DNA from: Eledone cirrhosa
Lineage: Eukaryota
Length of the DNA: 64,000 bases
Reading direction: 5' to 3'
Assembly (NCBI GenBank): GCA_964016885.1
Contig: OZ024750.1
Span: 13,330,001-13,394,000, forward strand
Part shown: in pieces, positions 40,916 to 53,265 of the stretch
How the letters are laid out: every line of letters starts with the position of its first letter
How positions within the stretch are numbered: position 1 is the first letter of the stretch
Translations under genes and position numbers: made by a program
Notes under the pieces: generated by a model
What the model was told of the DNA's origin: nothing
Seen by the model: only the letters and a program-made list of their open reading frames with translations
The model's database searches: none

Positions 40916-41689
40916 TTATTTAGTATTGAGAATATTTCGTACATAAATATTTTATAGCTCAGGAAAAATCTACATTTAAAATAGTTTGTGATAAATAAAT
41001 AAGCAATAAAAGTGGGTAGAATTGTTTGCTTAAAATTGTTTAACAGACTAATGAGGGATCTTTTGGGCAGTCACAGACTTGCTAGAAATATCAGCTAAAT
41101 CTCCCTCAAATCACACACCTCGTCTTAAACAAAGAAGGATACTTTAAGGGTAATGAAGAGTTGAATATATTTGATCATAGCTTTGCTTCATCAAAGTTGA
41201 CTAAGGATTATATATAACAGCAATAATACGAGTTTTACAATGTTCAGAAAATTTCTTCAGAATATCAAGATGCTTCTTGAAAGAATCTGCTTCCTTCCCA
41301 TGTTTAAGTTTAGTTAATTTGACCAGTTTAGTTAATTTAGACCAGTGTTTCTCAACCGAGAAACGCTGGTCTAAATGATTGAGGGTAAATGTCCTCCACA
41401 TGATCAATATAGTTTCTCTTATTGACCTTAGAATCCATCCAGTCTGTCGTCTGCTATTGCCGCCATCTTGTTAATAAGCGCACGAAATGATATATCATTG
41501 CACATATCGATTTCCATGTTATGCACTGATATTGACTCATGGATTACAATCTATTCTGATTGAAAGTATCTTCGGTAAGGTGTATTTGTATTAGCGAGTT
41601 GATGATGGTGGAGGGTTTGACATTTTCTGGCATTAAACTGCCTGTTGTTGTTTTTGGCCCTTCTTCCTATGGCATTTAAATGTTGCTGT

Positions 41690-41990
41690 TACTTCTGCGT
41701 CAACTGGGCTTTAATTGCCTCTGGTACTTCTGTATCGTCAGTATATCTTGCGTCAATGGCTGCTTGTACAACTGAGAGCATATCTAAGAGGGCTGATACA
41801 AACAGCAATGGTCTCAACATAGTTCCCTAATAGACATCACCCGGTATTGAAGTTTTCTTTAAGAGGACTCCACTAGAAGCCATACTTCATGTTAATAAGA
41901 AGAGCCGGACTCCTTCAACTCCAACAGTTTTGTTTGTCCAGATGTTCTCTTGTTCTTTTGTGAGAGTCGGTTTGTTGGCATCCATCTCCT
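41690..41990 (-). mobile_element. Degenerate CR1/L2-type reverse transcriptase fragment
   Basis: Minus frame reads GDVY*GTMLRPLLFVSALLDM..RYTDDTEV, a decayed GVPQG..LGPLLF..YADDT. Confidence 0.6.
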
Positions 41991-42001
41991 TATTTTGTTA
42001 A

Positions 42002-42035
<34 letters not shown>

Positions 42036-42039
<4 letters not shown>

Positions 42040-42391
42040 GGTGCGGGATACTTAAAGCGTCCATCTGCGGTAGGCCGTTTGAGCACTCGATGCTCTTACA
42101 GAGCAGAGTATAATATCACATAAGAAACGGGGAATCAGTGGTGCGACGAATTAGAATTTATTAGACATATTACAATCGTGTCTCTGTCGTTCAACTCGAG
42201 GCACGATCGATGCAATGATCGAACCTGACTCTGAATCGCAAGATCCTCAGATCCTCAGATCTTGCGATTTCAGAGTCAGGTTCGATCATTGCATCGATCG
42301 TGCCTCGAGCTGATCCCCAGAGAAACGATTGTAATATGTCTAATACATTTTAATTCGTCGCACCACTGATTCTCCGTTTCTTATGTGATAT
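42036..42391 (-). mobile_element. Fold-back Penelope-like remnant, family C: tail plus about 133-bp inverted arms
   Basis: Arms 42113-42245 / 42258-42391, (TA)n on both sides. CTGAGGA (minus) at the centre and GAAACGATTGTA in the right arm. Confidence 0.65.
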
Positions 42392-42402
42392 ATATATATA
42401 TA

Positions 42403-42733
42403 TATATCTATCTAAGGCGGGTAAAATTCCCGAGATCCATGGACGAGTTCTCTCCAGCGGTCTCTGTCCCTCATTATCGCTGCCATATCCTGCATCTCCA
42501 ACAGACCAGTGTCTGTCCTTAGGGCATTAACATATGTTAACCTTGGTCTTCCTCTTCTAGTGTGTCCATGTAGGGGCTCCCAAAGGAACACTGAGTGCAA
42601 TGTCAACTCTGGATGTCGGTGAGCATGTCCAGCCAACCTCAGTCTCCTCTGTGTCACTTTTGAGCTGACTTTTGGGATGCTCCCATACAGCTCTGAGTTT
42701 TTCATCCTCAGTGTATACTGATTAATGTTCAGA

Positions 42734-42738
<5 letters not shown>
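42403..42738 (-). mobile_element. RTE/RTEX-type LINE 3' end with TAGA tail
   Basis: NSELYG..RRLRLAGHAHRH..LWEP..RRGRPRLTYV..DR..WR; open frame ending in TAGATAGA. Confidence 0.8.
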
Positions 42739-42785
<47 letters not shown>

Positions 42786-43012
42786 ATGGCTGCAAACTCT
42801 ACTAAGAGTATTGAAATCGCTTCTCAGATTACAGAAAATGGTGCACTTTTAAGCTACGGCCAGCCACACAATCCTGTAACAGATCCTGAACAAGCAATGC
42901 TTGTGCTTTGAAGGTTTTTTAAGTGAGGAAATGCCCCTAGTTGTTGTCACCAACACCTTTCTAAGAGAGGGAAACTCTGGAAAACAAACCTGCGGCTTCG
43001 AAGCATCCGATG

Positions 43013-43050
<38 letters not shown>

Positions 43051-43059
<9 letters not shown>

Positions 43060-43241
43060 AGAACAAAAGATAGTTAAAGGAGTTCCATGTATTTTATTAT
43101 GCGCATTTCAAAATACATGGAACTCCTTTAACCATCTTTTGTTCTTATATATTATGTATACTCCAGTCCCACAAACTGTAGAGTGCTTCTTATTCGATAT
43201 CTGCATTACTTTATTGTACTACAATAAAACTCACCTCCTAC

Positions 43242-43243
<2 letters not shown>
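43051..43243 (+). mobile_element. Fold-back Penelope-like remnant, family B (45-bp arms plus tail)
   Basis: Homologous to 9233-9380; arms 43051-43095 / 43110-43154; (TA)n on both sides. Confidence 0.7.
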
Positions 43244-43293
<50 letters not shown>

Positions 43294-43918
43294 TGTACAT
43301 ATGTGTCTATATGAGTGTGTGTGTTTGTGGTTGTGTCAGTGGGGGGGGGGAGTAGCTGTGCGTGTGTGTGTGTCTAATCTCAAAAAAGATAAATAAATTC
43401 TTCTCATTAGAGTTGATTCCTGATGGACCTGAACATGTATTATGCAGTGCTAATCCCGTGTACATCATGCAACGATGAGAGGAGAGGGTTACATTACACA
43501 TACGTCTGTGTTGTGACAATCTTTAAGTCTGAAGTCGTTAATACGATTATTGGGAAATCGTTAAGTCTCTTACAAGCTTTATATTTCAACAAGCATGAAA
43601 AGTCACAGTAATCTGTCTCAATCCTTACCACCAGCTGTTTTTTTGTTTTTGTGGGTTTTTTTAAAATTCATCCTAATTAATACTAAATTACTACTGTTGA
43701 GACAAGACTGTTCCATTTACGGGCCTAAATATCTCAACCTATAATTAAATGGATATTCTATTAAGAACCGACGACGAGGGGAAACTTTACCTGGTCACTA
43801 TACTTGCTAGAAATAGAAGTCAAGTTTACTTCCTCTCGTATCTTACCGGCATACAAAGATGTGCATATGTTTGTATAAACGCGCGCGCGCACACACACTC
43901 ACACACACACGCTATATG

Positions 43919-43963
<45 letters not shown>

Positions 43964-44088
43964 ATATATATATATATATATATAGGGTGATAAACTTCAT
44001 CAATAAGCTCCTCTTTTGAGAGAGACATATGGTGTTTTATTTTAGGTAACTTTACTAGGAATCTACCCTTCGCTAACTTTGTAAAAGT

Positions 44089-44123
<35 letters not shown>

Positions 44124-44520
44124 GTATACATGTATGTGTGTGCATGTATTATGTATTTTCCAAGATATTTGGATGCAGATTTTTTTTTTTCTTTTTTTGT
44201 CTTTGATGTTTAATCGTTGACATAGAAAATCTATATCAGCTGATTAAACATCACAGTTTTAACCTGAGATAATCTGGGAAAAAGTTTCATCCTCTTTGCT
44301 CAACATAACATCTGTTCTCTTTATCTTTAATCCCAGTTTGTATTAATTTTCTCTTTTGTTTGAAGATTCTTTTAACCGTTGAAAATATCAGACTAGCTAA
44401 TAAAAACTCTGCTTAAGGTCACCGATGTCTGATGTGAGAAAAATATATTACTAAATGTAAAATTTAAAAGAAAAATCAGGTTTTCATCAGATTAATTGTT
44501 ATTAAAGGCCTTAATTATTT

Positions 44521-44762
44521 TGGCAGAATTGGTAGAGCGTCGGTCAACATGCTTTGCAGTATTTAGTTACGGCCCTTTACGTTCTGAGTTTAAATCCCGC
44601 TTAAGGTTAGCTTTGCCTTTCATCGTTGCGGGTCCGATAAAATAAAATATCAGTCCTCACGGGGTCGTTAAGATATAGTACCAGTAACACAGTGGGGTCA
44701 ATTTAATCGACTTTCCCTTCTCCCGAAATTGTTGACCTTGTGCCTAAACCAGAAACTATTAT
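44521..44762 (+). mobile_element. SINE copy (main family)
   Basis: A box, B box, core, tail. Confidence 0.8.
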
Positions 44763-44811
44763 TTTGGCAGAATTTTATCATTTTACCTGTCTCAAATCCA
44801 ACAACTTTAAG

Positions 44812-45000
44812 TAATTGTTTCTACTTTTTGGCACAAAGCCAGGAATTATTCTAGTGCATTACTGGTACTTTATTTCATCGACCTCTTAAGGATGAAAGGC
44901 AAAGTTAACCTCGACGGGATTTGAACTCAGACATAAAGGGCCGTAACTCATTGCTGCAAAGCATGGCGTCGGACTCTCTACCGATACTGCCAATCCACCG
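44812..45000 (-). mobile_element. SINE copy (main family)
   Basis: Full-length reverse complement. Confidence 0.9.
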
Positions 45001-45435
45001 CCCTTTGCCAATCCACCGCGGAGGTTATCGGGATGTCAAGAGCGATAGCTTAAACTACCACAAAGTTCATTTTTTTAAATGTACCTTTATCTATTTTAAT
45101 CATCTGGAAATTTTAATTGAGAACTAAATTATTTATTTGAAATCTAGCTTTCATTCTCTTTTCGAGGTAGCTAACAAAGAACATATGTCAAAGGACTTAG
45201 AAACTATCAATGATTAATGGGATTGAGTCTGGATTAAGAGAAAAACTTTCTAACTCACTGCTGATATAGTTAATCAATTGTATTCAAAAGAGTTGTGATA
45301 AATCTTCAGTTTTAGCAAATAAGACTGACAGAGAGCTTAATGAAGACACATATAACTAAGTGTTCACATCTGAACCAACCGTCAACATTAGCAGTTTTTC
45401 TTCTACTTTTACATTGAAGATTTTGGAACACTTAC

Positions 45436-45655
45436 CGACAACTGTTGGTTCAAGGTCAACAAAGACCGCTCTGGGTACATGTTTCCCTGCCCCAGTTTCA
45501 CTGAAGAAAGTACTAAATGAATCATCTCTGCCCGGTTTCTTATCTGCAGGCATTTGACCATCTGGCTGTATTTTGTGTTCAAGGCAGTAAAGTTCCCAGC
45601 ATGCATTACCAATTTGTACACCAGCCTGTCCAACGTGGATACTGATACATTCCCT
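45436..45655 (-). CDS. TUBA: Alpha-tubulin, second coding exon (codons 2-75)
   Basis: TTTCAG|[43 protein letters not shown]|GTAAGT; phase 1 joins 40890. Confidence 0.97.
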
Positions 45656-46019
45656 CTGAAAAAAATAAAAATAAAATAAAATGAAATAATGCGATACATT
45701 ATTATAAAGCACCAGTAATGCACTGGTGTCGATTTGATAGATTGTCTCCCCTTCCATTCAAATTGCTGGCGTTGTGCCGAATGTAGAAACAATTATCATT
45801 GTTGACCCCCATGCTAAGGTGTACTCCTGTTTTGGATTACATTTTGTTGATTTGTTTAAAAAAGAATTATTATTTTTGTACTCTATCGCGCAGAATCATT
45901 ACAAATGGAGGCTTCTGCGAAGCTTGTTTTACACCTTCTCTGCATAGGTTAATGCCTTCAAATACTTCTGTGCCTATAACAACAAAAGCACAAAGCATTG
46001 AACACGTTTCTTATTATAA

Positions 46020-46057
46020 TCTTCTGATGAAGGGATGTTAGTCTCGAAATATTAGGA
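46020..46057 (+). ncRNA. Decayed minimal hammerhead-like motif
   Basis: UCUU-CUGAUGA-A-GGGAU guua GUCUC-GAAAUAUU-AGGA; GAAATATT could be CpG-decayed GAAACGTT. Confidence 0.4.
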
Positions 46058-47081
46058 CTAAAACTGGGCTCAATTCTTCTTCTGTATCTCTTTCTCACTT
46101 TCTATCCTTCTCTGGAAGAAATCTGCTTAGAGAGAGTTGAGCTCCGTCAGACTTAAAATGCCAAAGAAATGCCGTATGCCAATACGGCGCCCCTACGACT
46201 CCATCAGAAGTTAAGGGACCATACCAAGTGTAAATTTGTCTTGACTAACTTAATCTAGTTATTGTTTAAATGGTGTTTTCTTTTAAGTATTTTCAAAACA
46301 TTAGTTGATTTCTTTTTCTTATACATAAGATTGAGAATACACGCGAGTGATAATTGGGTAAATTTATCTAAGAGGAACTTGGTAAAAATATTCTAGAATT
46401 AATAGTTCTTGCAGAAACGTAGATACAGTAACACGAACTAGAAAGGGCTTGACACGGCCACGAAGAACACCGCCCAGTCTGCTTAATGTGTAACAAATAT
46501 TTGGTAAATGAAAGTATGAAACCATTTTAAAATATTTCTTTATACATGACATACTTTCTATATAGTCTAATCTTTACAATTCTTTGGAAAAATTACTGAA
46601 ATCTTCGAAAATACAAAAATAGTTTTGAAAAACATGAGCTGGCTCAAGAATAATACATCAAACTATCATTCGTAGCCTCTTGGCAAAGAAATTGCGTTGC
46701 CAGTGGCATGCAGAATTACAGAAATTAGCACGACAAAATTGGACGAAATAATAACAATTCCGCTGTAAAAGAATTGGAAAAAATAGCAATAACAAATGTG
46801 TGTAGCTTATTGAAAGAGTTAAAGAAATTCCGTTAGACAAATCAACAGATATTACAAATGCAGTTCAACTATTTGTAATTGTTAGTTATTCTAAAGCTTT
46901 GCTAGTCATTAGATAGATGATTTTCTCAAAGAGGACCATTTTAAAGGAATGACAACATTGTATGTACCAATGGCACAGCCAGAAAAAAAATCCATAAGAT
47001 TTCAAGTTTAAATCCGCCCCTGTTACATTCACTCATTGTATGATGCTTTCAGATGCATCTAATTGTTAAAAACAAATGTCA

Positions 47082-47152
47082 TGACGTAATAAATTAGCAC
47101 ACAATAATCACTGACGTCATATGCAACTATCGTTACAAATTATGTGACGTCA
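47082..47152. promoter_or_regulatory. Cluster of three CRE/ATF-type sites
   Basis: TGACGTAA 47082, TGACGTCA 47112, TGACGTCA 47145; CCGCCC near 47014. Confidence 0.35.
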
Positions 47153-49577
47153 TTGATATTTCTGCAGATGTAGATGAAGAATAGTTCGGCGACAATAACG
47201 TTTGTATATTGATACTTCTGCTGCAATGTTGTACACCGGTAAGCCATTAATAGAATCTACTGCCACAGCAAAGAGGTTATATTATACCAACACCACACCG
47301 ACTATGTTATACACTCACACTATACCAAAGATGTTGTATACTAATGCTATACATTCAAGATTGTACAATGGAAGCAATTCAAAGATGTCAGAAAACAACG
47401 TCACTTCTGCCTCTCTGATCTTTAACTTACCAAGAATACCGTACAGTGATGCATCACTAGCAAAACTATTGACAACTAGCTCAACGTTCACAAGAACCAC
47501 GCCAGTAAGATTGAAAACCTATGCGACACCAGTTACAGTATGCAACAAATATTTTGATTGATTGATATCGATGAAATGGTTGGCTGGACGGATGGTTGGT
47601 TGGAATACAAAAAAAACAACAACAAAACATTTTTACATTCATTTAATTTATCTATTTTTTAAAAGTTTCTTTTGAGTAGCAACACCCTCTTGTTTAACAA
47701 GAGTTATAAATATGGATCCATCTACATTATGTTACACTCCAATAGTTTCCTATAACTTTCATAAAGATTATAGGAAATATTGAGCTCAGTACTAAGGAGG
47801 AGGAAACACAGTGTTGAGTCCTACCTAGACGTAGTACTTATTTGCCTGTTTCAAACAGGTGCAGTGGATCAGCCATAATCATAAAACAGCAGACGATAGA
47901 CGCTATACGGGCTTAGGCATCTGTCGTTGACAAAGGAGAAAGTCAACGCCGACGAACAAATGAATCTCAAATAGAGACGCTGAACTATTGTAATGTATAC
48001 AATCCACTGTTTTAACCAGTTATATAACAATGTAACAATTGCATTGGTTTATTCAAATGTTAAAATTATTGTCCTTGTTGAGTTATTTTTTTTTTTAATT
48101 TTATATTTCAATTTGTGAACAGATTTCTAACGGACGAATTTTGTTATGGAGGAGAATATAATCGCCCTCAGTACATGGCTGGTATTATATTACTCAGACT
48201 GGTGTGATAGGATAAATAATGGGCTGGACATCTTCTCTACCTTTTTAGATAGATTACTAATATGTATATGAAAACGATAGAGTAGCAGCAGGATTTCATT
48301 TAGCCCATCTATATTCCGAGTTCCAATTCCACTGGGATCAAATATCTTCTGTTTCTTTCATCTGGGTACGATGAAAATTAAACCAGTAATATATTAAAGT
48401 AAAATTTATTGACTCTACAACACTTCTATAAATTGTAATGTAAGAACCAAGATTTATGTGGAATTCTAAAAGAAATTTAGAAGACAGCTGCTGGCGATCT
48501 CAGTAGGCTGACCCTTGTGGTTTCGATTCGTCATTGAAGTTATTTCACTTTTCTTACGCCCGAGAGTAAGGAATCAATGTTACAACTTCGTTATGACCTT
48601 CCTGTCCCAGAATATTGGACGCTCCTGAAGAAAGAAGCCAATTATTCATTTTGAATTTCCTAGCACGTGCCACAAAGTAAGCTCTTGACGGACGACCCTC
48701 CTTACCGATCCACATCCTATTTCCAGAATATCAGAAATCTATCGTCAGCCCACCTCAAGGCAGATGTGGGTGTCATCTAATCTCATTTCCTCTCTTCTAT
48801 CTACAGAAGAAATTAATATTCATATAGAACCATACAATACCAACGTAACAAGCTGAATTAAGGGAACTGATATAGATAAAAAGTAAAATTCTACCTGATT
48901 AAATTAGCTGTTACAGAAATAGATACTTTCTTTAAAGTAAATAATACGATAGAGCTAAGTCGGTTTAAGATTACTAACTACTAATACCAAACGCTAAAAT
49001 TACTTTATTCAATGAAAATTGGCAAATAGATTACTTTACGTATATATGTTTTAACTATTCTAAATATTTTGATAACAAAGAAAGAGACACCACGAACTTT
49101 AGATTTTTTTAAAAATTGCTAAATTGTTGCTATTACACCCATTTGGTTTTCTCTATAGTTTTTTATGTTTTGAACGAATTTAATCTCCAAAACTATCGGA
49201 AGTTATTCATCAACTATAGTCAGTGTCGCATTAAAATTTGCTGAGCGTCTAAGCTGTAAAAGCTTGGAGGCCCTGCTTAAAAAAAAAAAACACCAAGTCT
49301 CATAGAAAATAAAAACATTTTGAGGTCCCTCTTTTCTTGAAACCATACTTCTTTTTCTTGAACTAGAGCTGATTTATAGCTTCTTCAACGGATGATGTTT
49401 TGATATATTATATAAAACAAGTTCTTGTATAGTTGACCTATTCATTCGCAGAACCGTCTCAATACAGAAAACACTTTGAAATCTATTTTGACCTTGAAAT
49501 TTATCTTTTAATCTACCACCCTCTCTCCCAGTGTTTTGCTGTCTGAACCGTATTCCCCATCCTCTCCGATAAAATAT

Positions 49578-49882
49578 TGATTTCTAATTTAAGCACAAGT
49601 CTAGTAAATTTGGAGGGAGGTCAAGGCTGATTGAATCAAGATCAGTACTTGACTGCTAGTTTATTTTGTCGACCCTGGGAGGATAAAAGCCAAAGTTGAC
49701 CATGACGAGATTTCAAATCAGAATGTAAAGACCTAGATCAAACACGGCAATAGTATTTTTCCCGACGCTCTACCAATTCTGGCAATCCACCACTCTAAAA
49801 TATAAGTTTCTTATATAGGCACAAGACCATCAATTTTTGGGGAGGCCGTAACTCTATGTTGCAAAACATGGCGTCTGACCCT
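49578..49882 (-). mobile_element. SINE copy plus adjacent partial copy
   Basis: Reverse-complement family motifs. Confidence 0.75.
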
Positions 49883-50855
49883 CTACCGATACTGCCAATC
49901 CACAAAATATTGATGTGTTAAATTGTCACAAGGCCACAGATGTGTAGAGTGTGCTATAGTCGACAAAGTGTCCTCAATGAATGTTTAGTTTAGAAACAGT
50001 GGAAGGACAACAAAGTCAACAGAAACAGAGAAATAACGAGTTACTGAAAGTCAGTGCGGTGTACAACCTCTTCTGATGTCTCTCTAACTAAATAAAATAA
50101 AATAAAAATTGGTGATATGTCTAGGGAAAGAATACTAATCACTACAACTAAATTGTCCAAATTTGCCCACCTACCCCCAATTCGGAAATGCTTCCACCTG
50201 TAGAACTGTTTCAATAAACGTCTCAAGCTTATTTCACCTCACTTTATTAATGTATCTGGATGATTTCTTTAATCATATACTCAGTTTGAACAAGAAGATT
50301 GTGTACTAATGTATAGAATCATTAGAACATCTGACTGATAAAATGACAAGTCAGTCAATCATATTGGAGTCCTCCCCACAGCCCCGGCGGACAGAATGGA
50401 GAAGGCAGTGGAGACGCGCTGAAAAAGCCATTCCAACTCGTGAGGCTCACACCTGCGGCTGGCTAGCTCAGCGCCTATGGTGGGGAGTAGGGAGGTAGCC
50501 CTGAGGCCGAGGACACCAGAAGTCTCCACTGCCAAGGGTACAACCGCAAACCTGTCGGAGAGCGACCGGTGTTGTGACTGTCTTCGAAAAAAGGCATGAA
50601 CGACGTATTTTCTATTCCTCCGGCCTAAATCTATTTGTCTTCATACCTACTCAGAATTCATCGACTCGCTATTCCTCCAGGTGTCACACGCACGCGCGCA
50701 CGTGATAATGTATCGTATGGAATTAATCTAAGATCCGCAAAACAAACGAAAGGGAAAAGATAAACCAAACGTACAAGAAAAATATATTTTATCATGAATC
50801 ATGCAGAAGATCAATCTTTTCAGAGGTACACAGATGTTGAAGATGTCTTCTTCAC

Positions 50856-50886
<31 letters not shown>

Positions 50887-50907
50887 TCTCATACGCACGC
50901 TCTTTAG

Positions 50908-50939
<32 letters not shown>

Positions 50940-51510
50940 TGTAATAAAAAAAAGAAAGAAATATAAAAAAGGTGGAAAGAATCAGGAAACTGTTTATATA
51001 GACAGGAAAAAAACAATTATTTATCGTCTGTGGAGAAAGTAAAGAAACGCCGGTCGCCCTGCTGACCGGCCGACTGGCCCACCGAACGGCTGACCGGGTA
51101 ATCGATATCTGCTATTACTATCAAATTTTACATTACAGAGTTAGCTTGGCGAAAATAGTTGGAATTAAAGAAGTTATACATACAGGTATTACATTCTAAC
51201 CATTCTAACGATTCTAAAACTAAAAAGCCTAGCTGAGAGCACAAATAAATTGCTACGGCCATCGATGGTAGGGGCTGCCCACACCAGGGGGGGGGCCCCG
51301 GGGGGAAATTGCTCCCCCACCCACCCCACCTCATTAAAATCAGGCACTGATTGTTGGTACCAATTCCCCAACCTTCTAATTGCTATTGTTGGGTTATAGT
51401 TGACCACCTGGTGGAATGAATATCACGAGTTGGAATGACTATTTCAATGCCTCTTCTTCGTTATTCTCCTGGGTAACATTTCCTTTCTCCATTCTGTGGG
51501 ATGGGACAAT

Positions 51511-51554
51511 GGGGTGGCTTTGAAGAAGGGCTTATGCCCGAAACGTCGTACCCC
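51511..51554 (+). ncRNA. Minimal hammerhead-like motif (first core base C>T) about 70 bp before a (TA)n tract
   Basis: GGGGUGGCU-UUGAAGA-A-GGGC uuau GCCC-GAAACGUC|GUACCCC. Confidence 0.55.
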
Positions 51555-51620
51555 ACCCCACACTCTCAAGAGCGTGAAACCTTTGTTTGTACTGCCTCTC
51601 TGTTTTGTTCGTTTCATTTT

Positions 51621-51674
<54 letters not shown>

Positions 51675-51772
51675 TTTGAAATGCGCATAATAAAATACAT
51701 GGAACTCTTTTAACCATCTTTTGGATCTTATATTATATATATTATTATATTATATATATTATATATATTATT

Positions 51773-51958
51773 TGGGAGCCCCTACATGGACACACTAGAA
51801 GAGGAAGACCAAGGTTAACATATGTTGATGCCCTAAGGACAGACACTGGTCTGTTGGAGATGCAGGATATGGCAGCGATAATGAGGGACAGAGACCGCTG
51901 GAGAGAACTCGTCCATGGATCTCGGGAATTTTACCCGCCTTAGATAGATAGATAGATA
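51773..51958 (+). mobile_element. RTE/RTEX LINE 3' end, near-identical to 42403-42582
   Basis: Same sequence in the opposite orientation, (TAGA)n tail. Confidence 0.85.
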
Positions 51959-51960
51959 TA

Positions 51961-52205
51961 TTATTTAATTACATAATAAACAACACAATATAATTATTCC
52001 ATTACCAAAGGTTTCAGGGGAATAGACGATCCTTACAGAAATGTCAAGCTCTGGATGTTTCTGTAAGGATCGTCTAGTCTCCTGAAACCTTTGGTAATGG
52101 AATGGAATAATTATATTGTGTTGTTTATAACATAATTAAATAGCTCTGTACAATACATAGAGCACTCTTCTTTCCTTCACTTTTTCTACGAAAATACTAC
52201 TTAAC
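51961..52205 (+). mobile_element. Fold-back Penelope-like remnant, family A (about 80-bp arms plus tail)
   Basis: Arms 51961-52041 / 52058-52142; CCTGAAACCTTTGGTAATGGA and the tail are shared with 8975-9210. Confidence 0.6.
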
Positions 52206-52214
52206 ACACTCACA

Positions 52215-52246
<32 letters not shown>

Positions 52247-52801
52247 TATATATAGCAATGCTCATATATTGTCGCAAGATTCATATGTGGACTATTGCGC
52301 AATTATTTGTAATTACGTGACAGACGGATAACAAAAATCTAGCGGCAACTGTTAGAGACTGTCAAGATAAAGGGAAGATAAATTTCTAGAATTAATTTAC
52401 GTGTCGGGAAAAGGACAGTGTGATATTTTCTACCAATAAGGGACAGCCGGGTACAAATATTTCTGTCTATTGAACCTCGTCAGCAGAATATTTTATTTAT
52501 TTTTTAACCAAAGATAATTTATACGACTAAAAGTTAAAAAAAAGAGTGGCCATGGTATCCAACCCAATCTAATCCAGGGTTTTCTTACTCCTATTGGAGG
52601 AACCCCTCCTTGGTTGACTTCCACCACTTTCTGTTTGGCTGTGGTCATATCCAAAGTTTAGCTGTACTCACCACGCTTGACCAATTGCGGGTTGGGGAGG
52701 CTATTTAACCCATAGTTGGCTATAAAACTAGATAATCAAATTGAAGGGTGATCTGAGGAATGCTGTACACAAATTCTTAGTTTTGTGTTTTGTTTTTTTA
52801 A

Positions 52802-52972
52802 CCCTTTACCATTTACATTACAATTATTTAGTACGTTAATTAAATATAATTATTTTTAAGCCACAAATATTCTTGGAAAATACATTGAACACGAGTGGCC
52901 AGTTACGGCCGGTTTGAACAGAAAAGGGTGAGAGAAATCTGGCCGGATACAGCCGGTTTAAATGCTAAACGG
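52802..52972 (-). mobile_element. piggyBac-type MITE, degenerate
   Basis: TTAA-CCCTTTACCATTTA..TAAATGCTAAACGG-TTAA. Confidence 0.7.
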
Positions 52973-53265
52973 TTAAAGTTCCCCTTGGGTGGAAAATGGA
53001 TAACAAAAAGAACTGGTGACAATTGTTAGCGATTCATAATGAGAAGAAGAGATAATTTTAAGATATTAATAAACACGCCTGTAGTTAATTTACATGCAGG
53101 GCCTATGAGAGGGGAGTCCAGCCGGTACTTTGTTCTGGGGCCCAAGAGCAACCATGCAACATCCATTTTGAGAAAAATCTTTGCCTGCTTCGGGCCCCAA
53201 AGAGATCTTGTATCGCCTTGTAAAATTTCTCTTTGAGACCCTATTTATATGTTAGTATTAATTAC

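Noticed and set aside
46515-46530. AAAATG|GTTTCA as tubulin exon 1
   Set aside because: Poor donor consensus compared with ATG|GTAAGA at 54308
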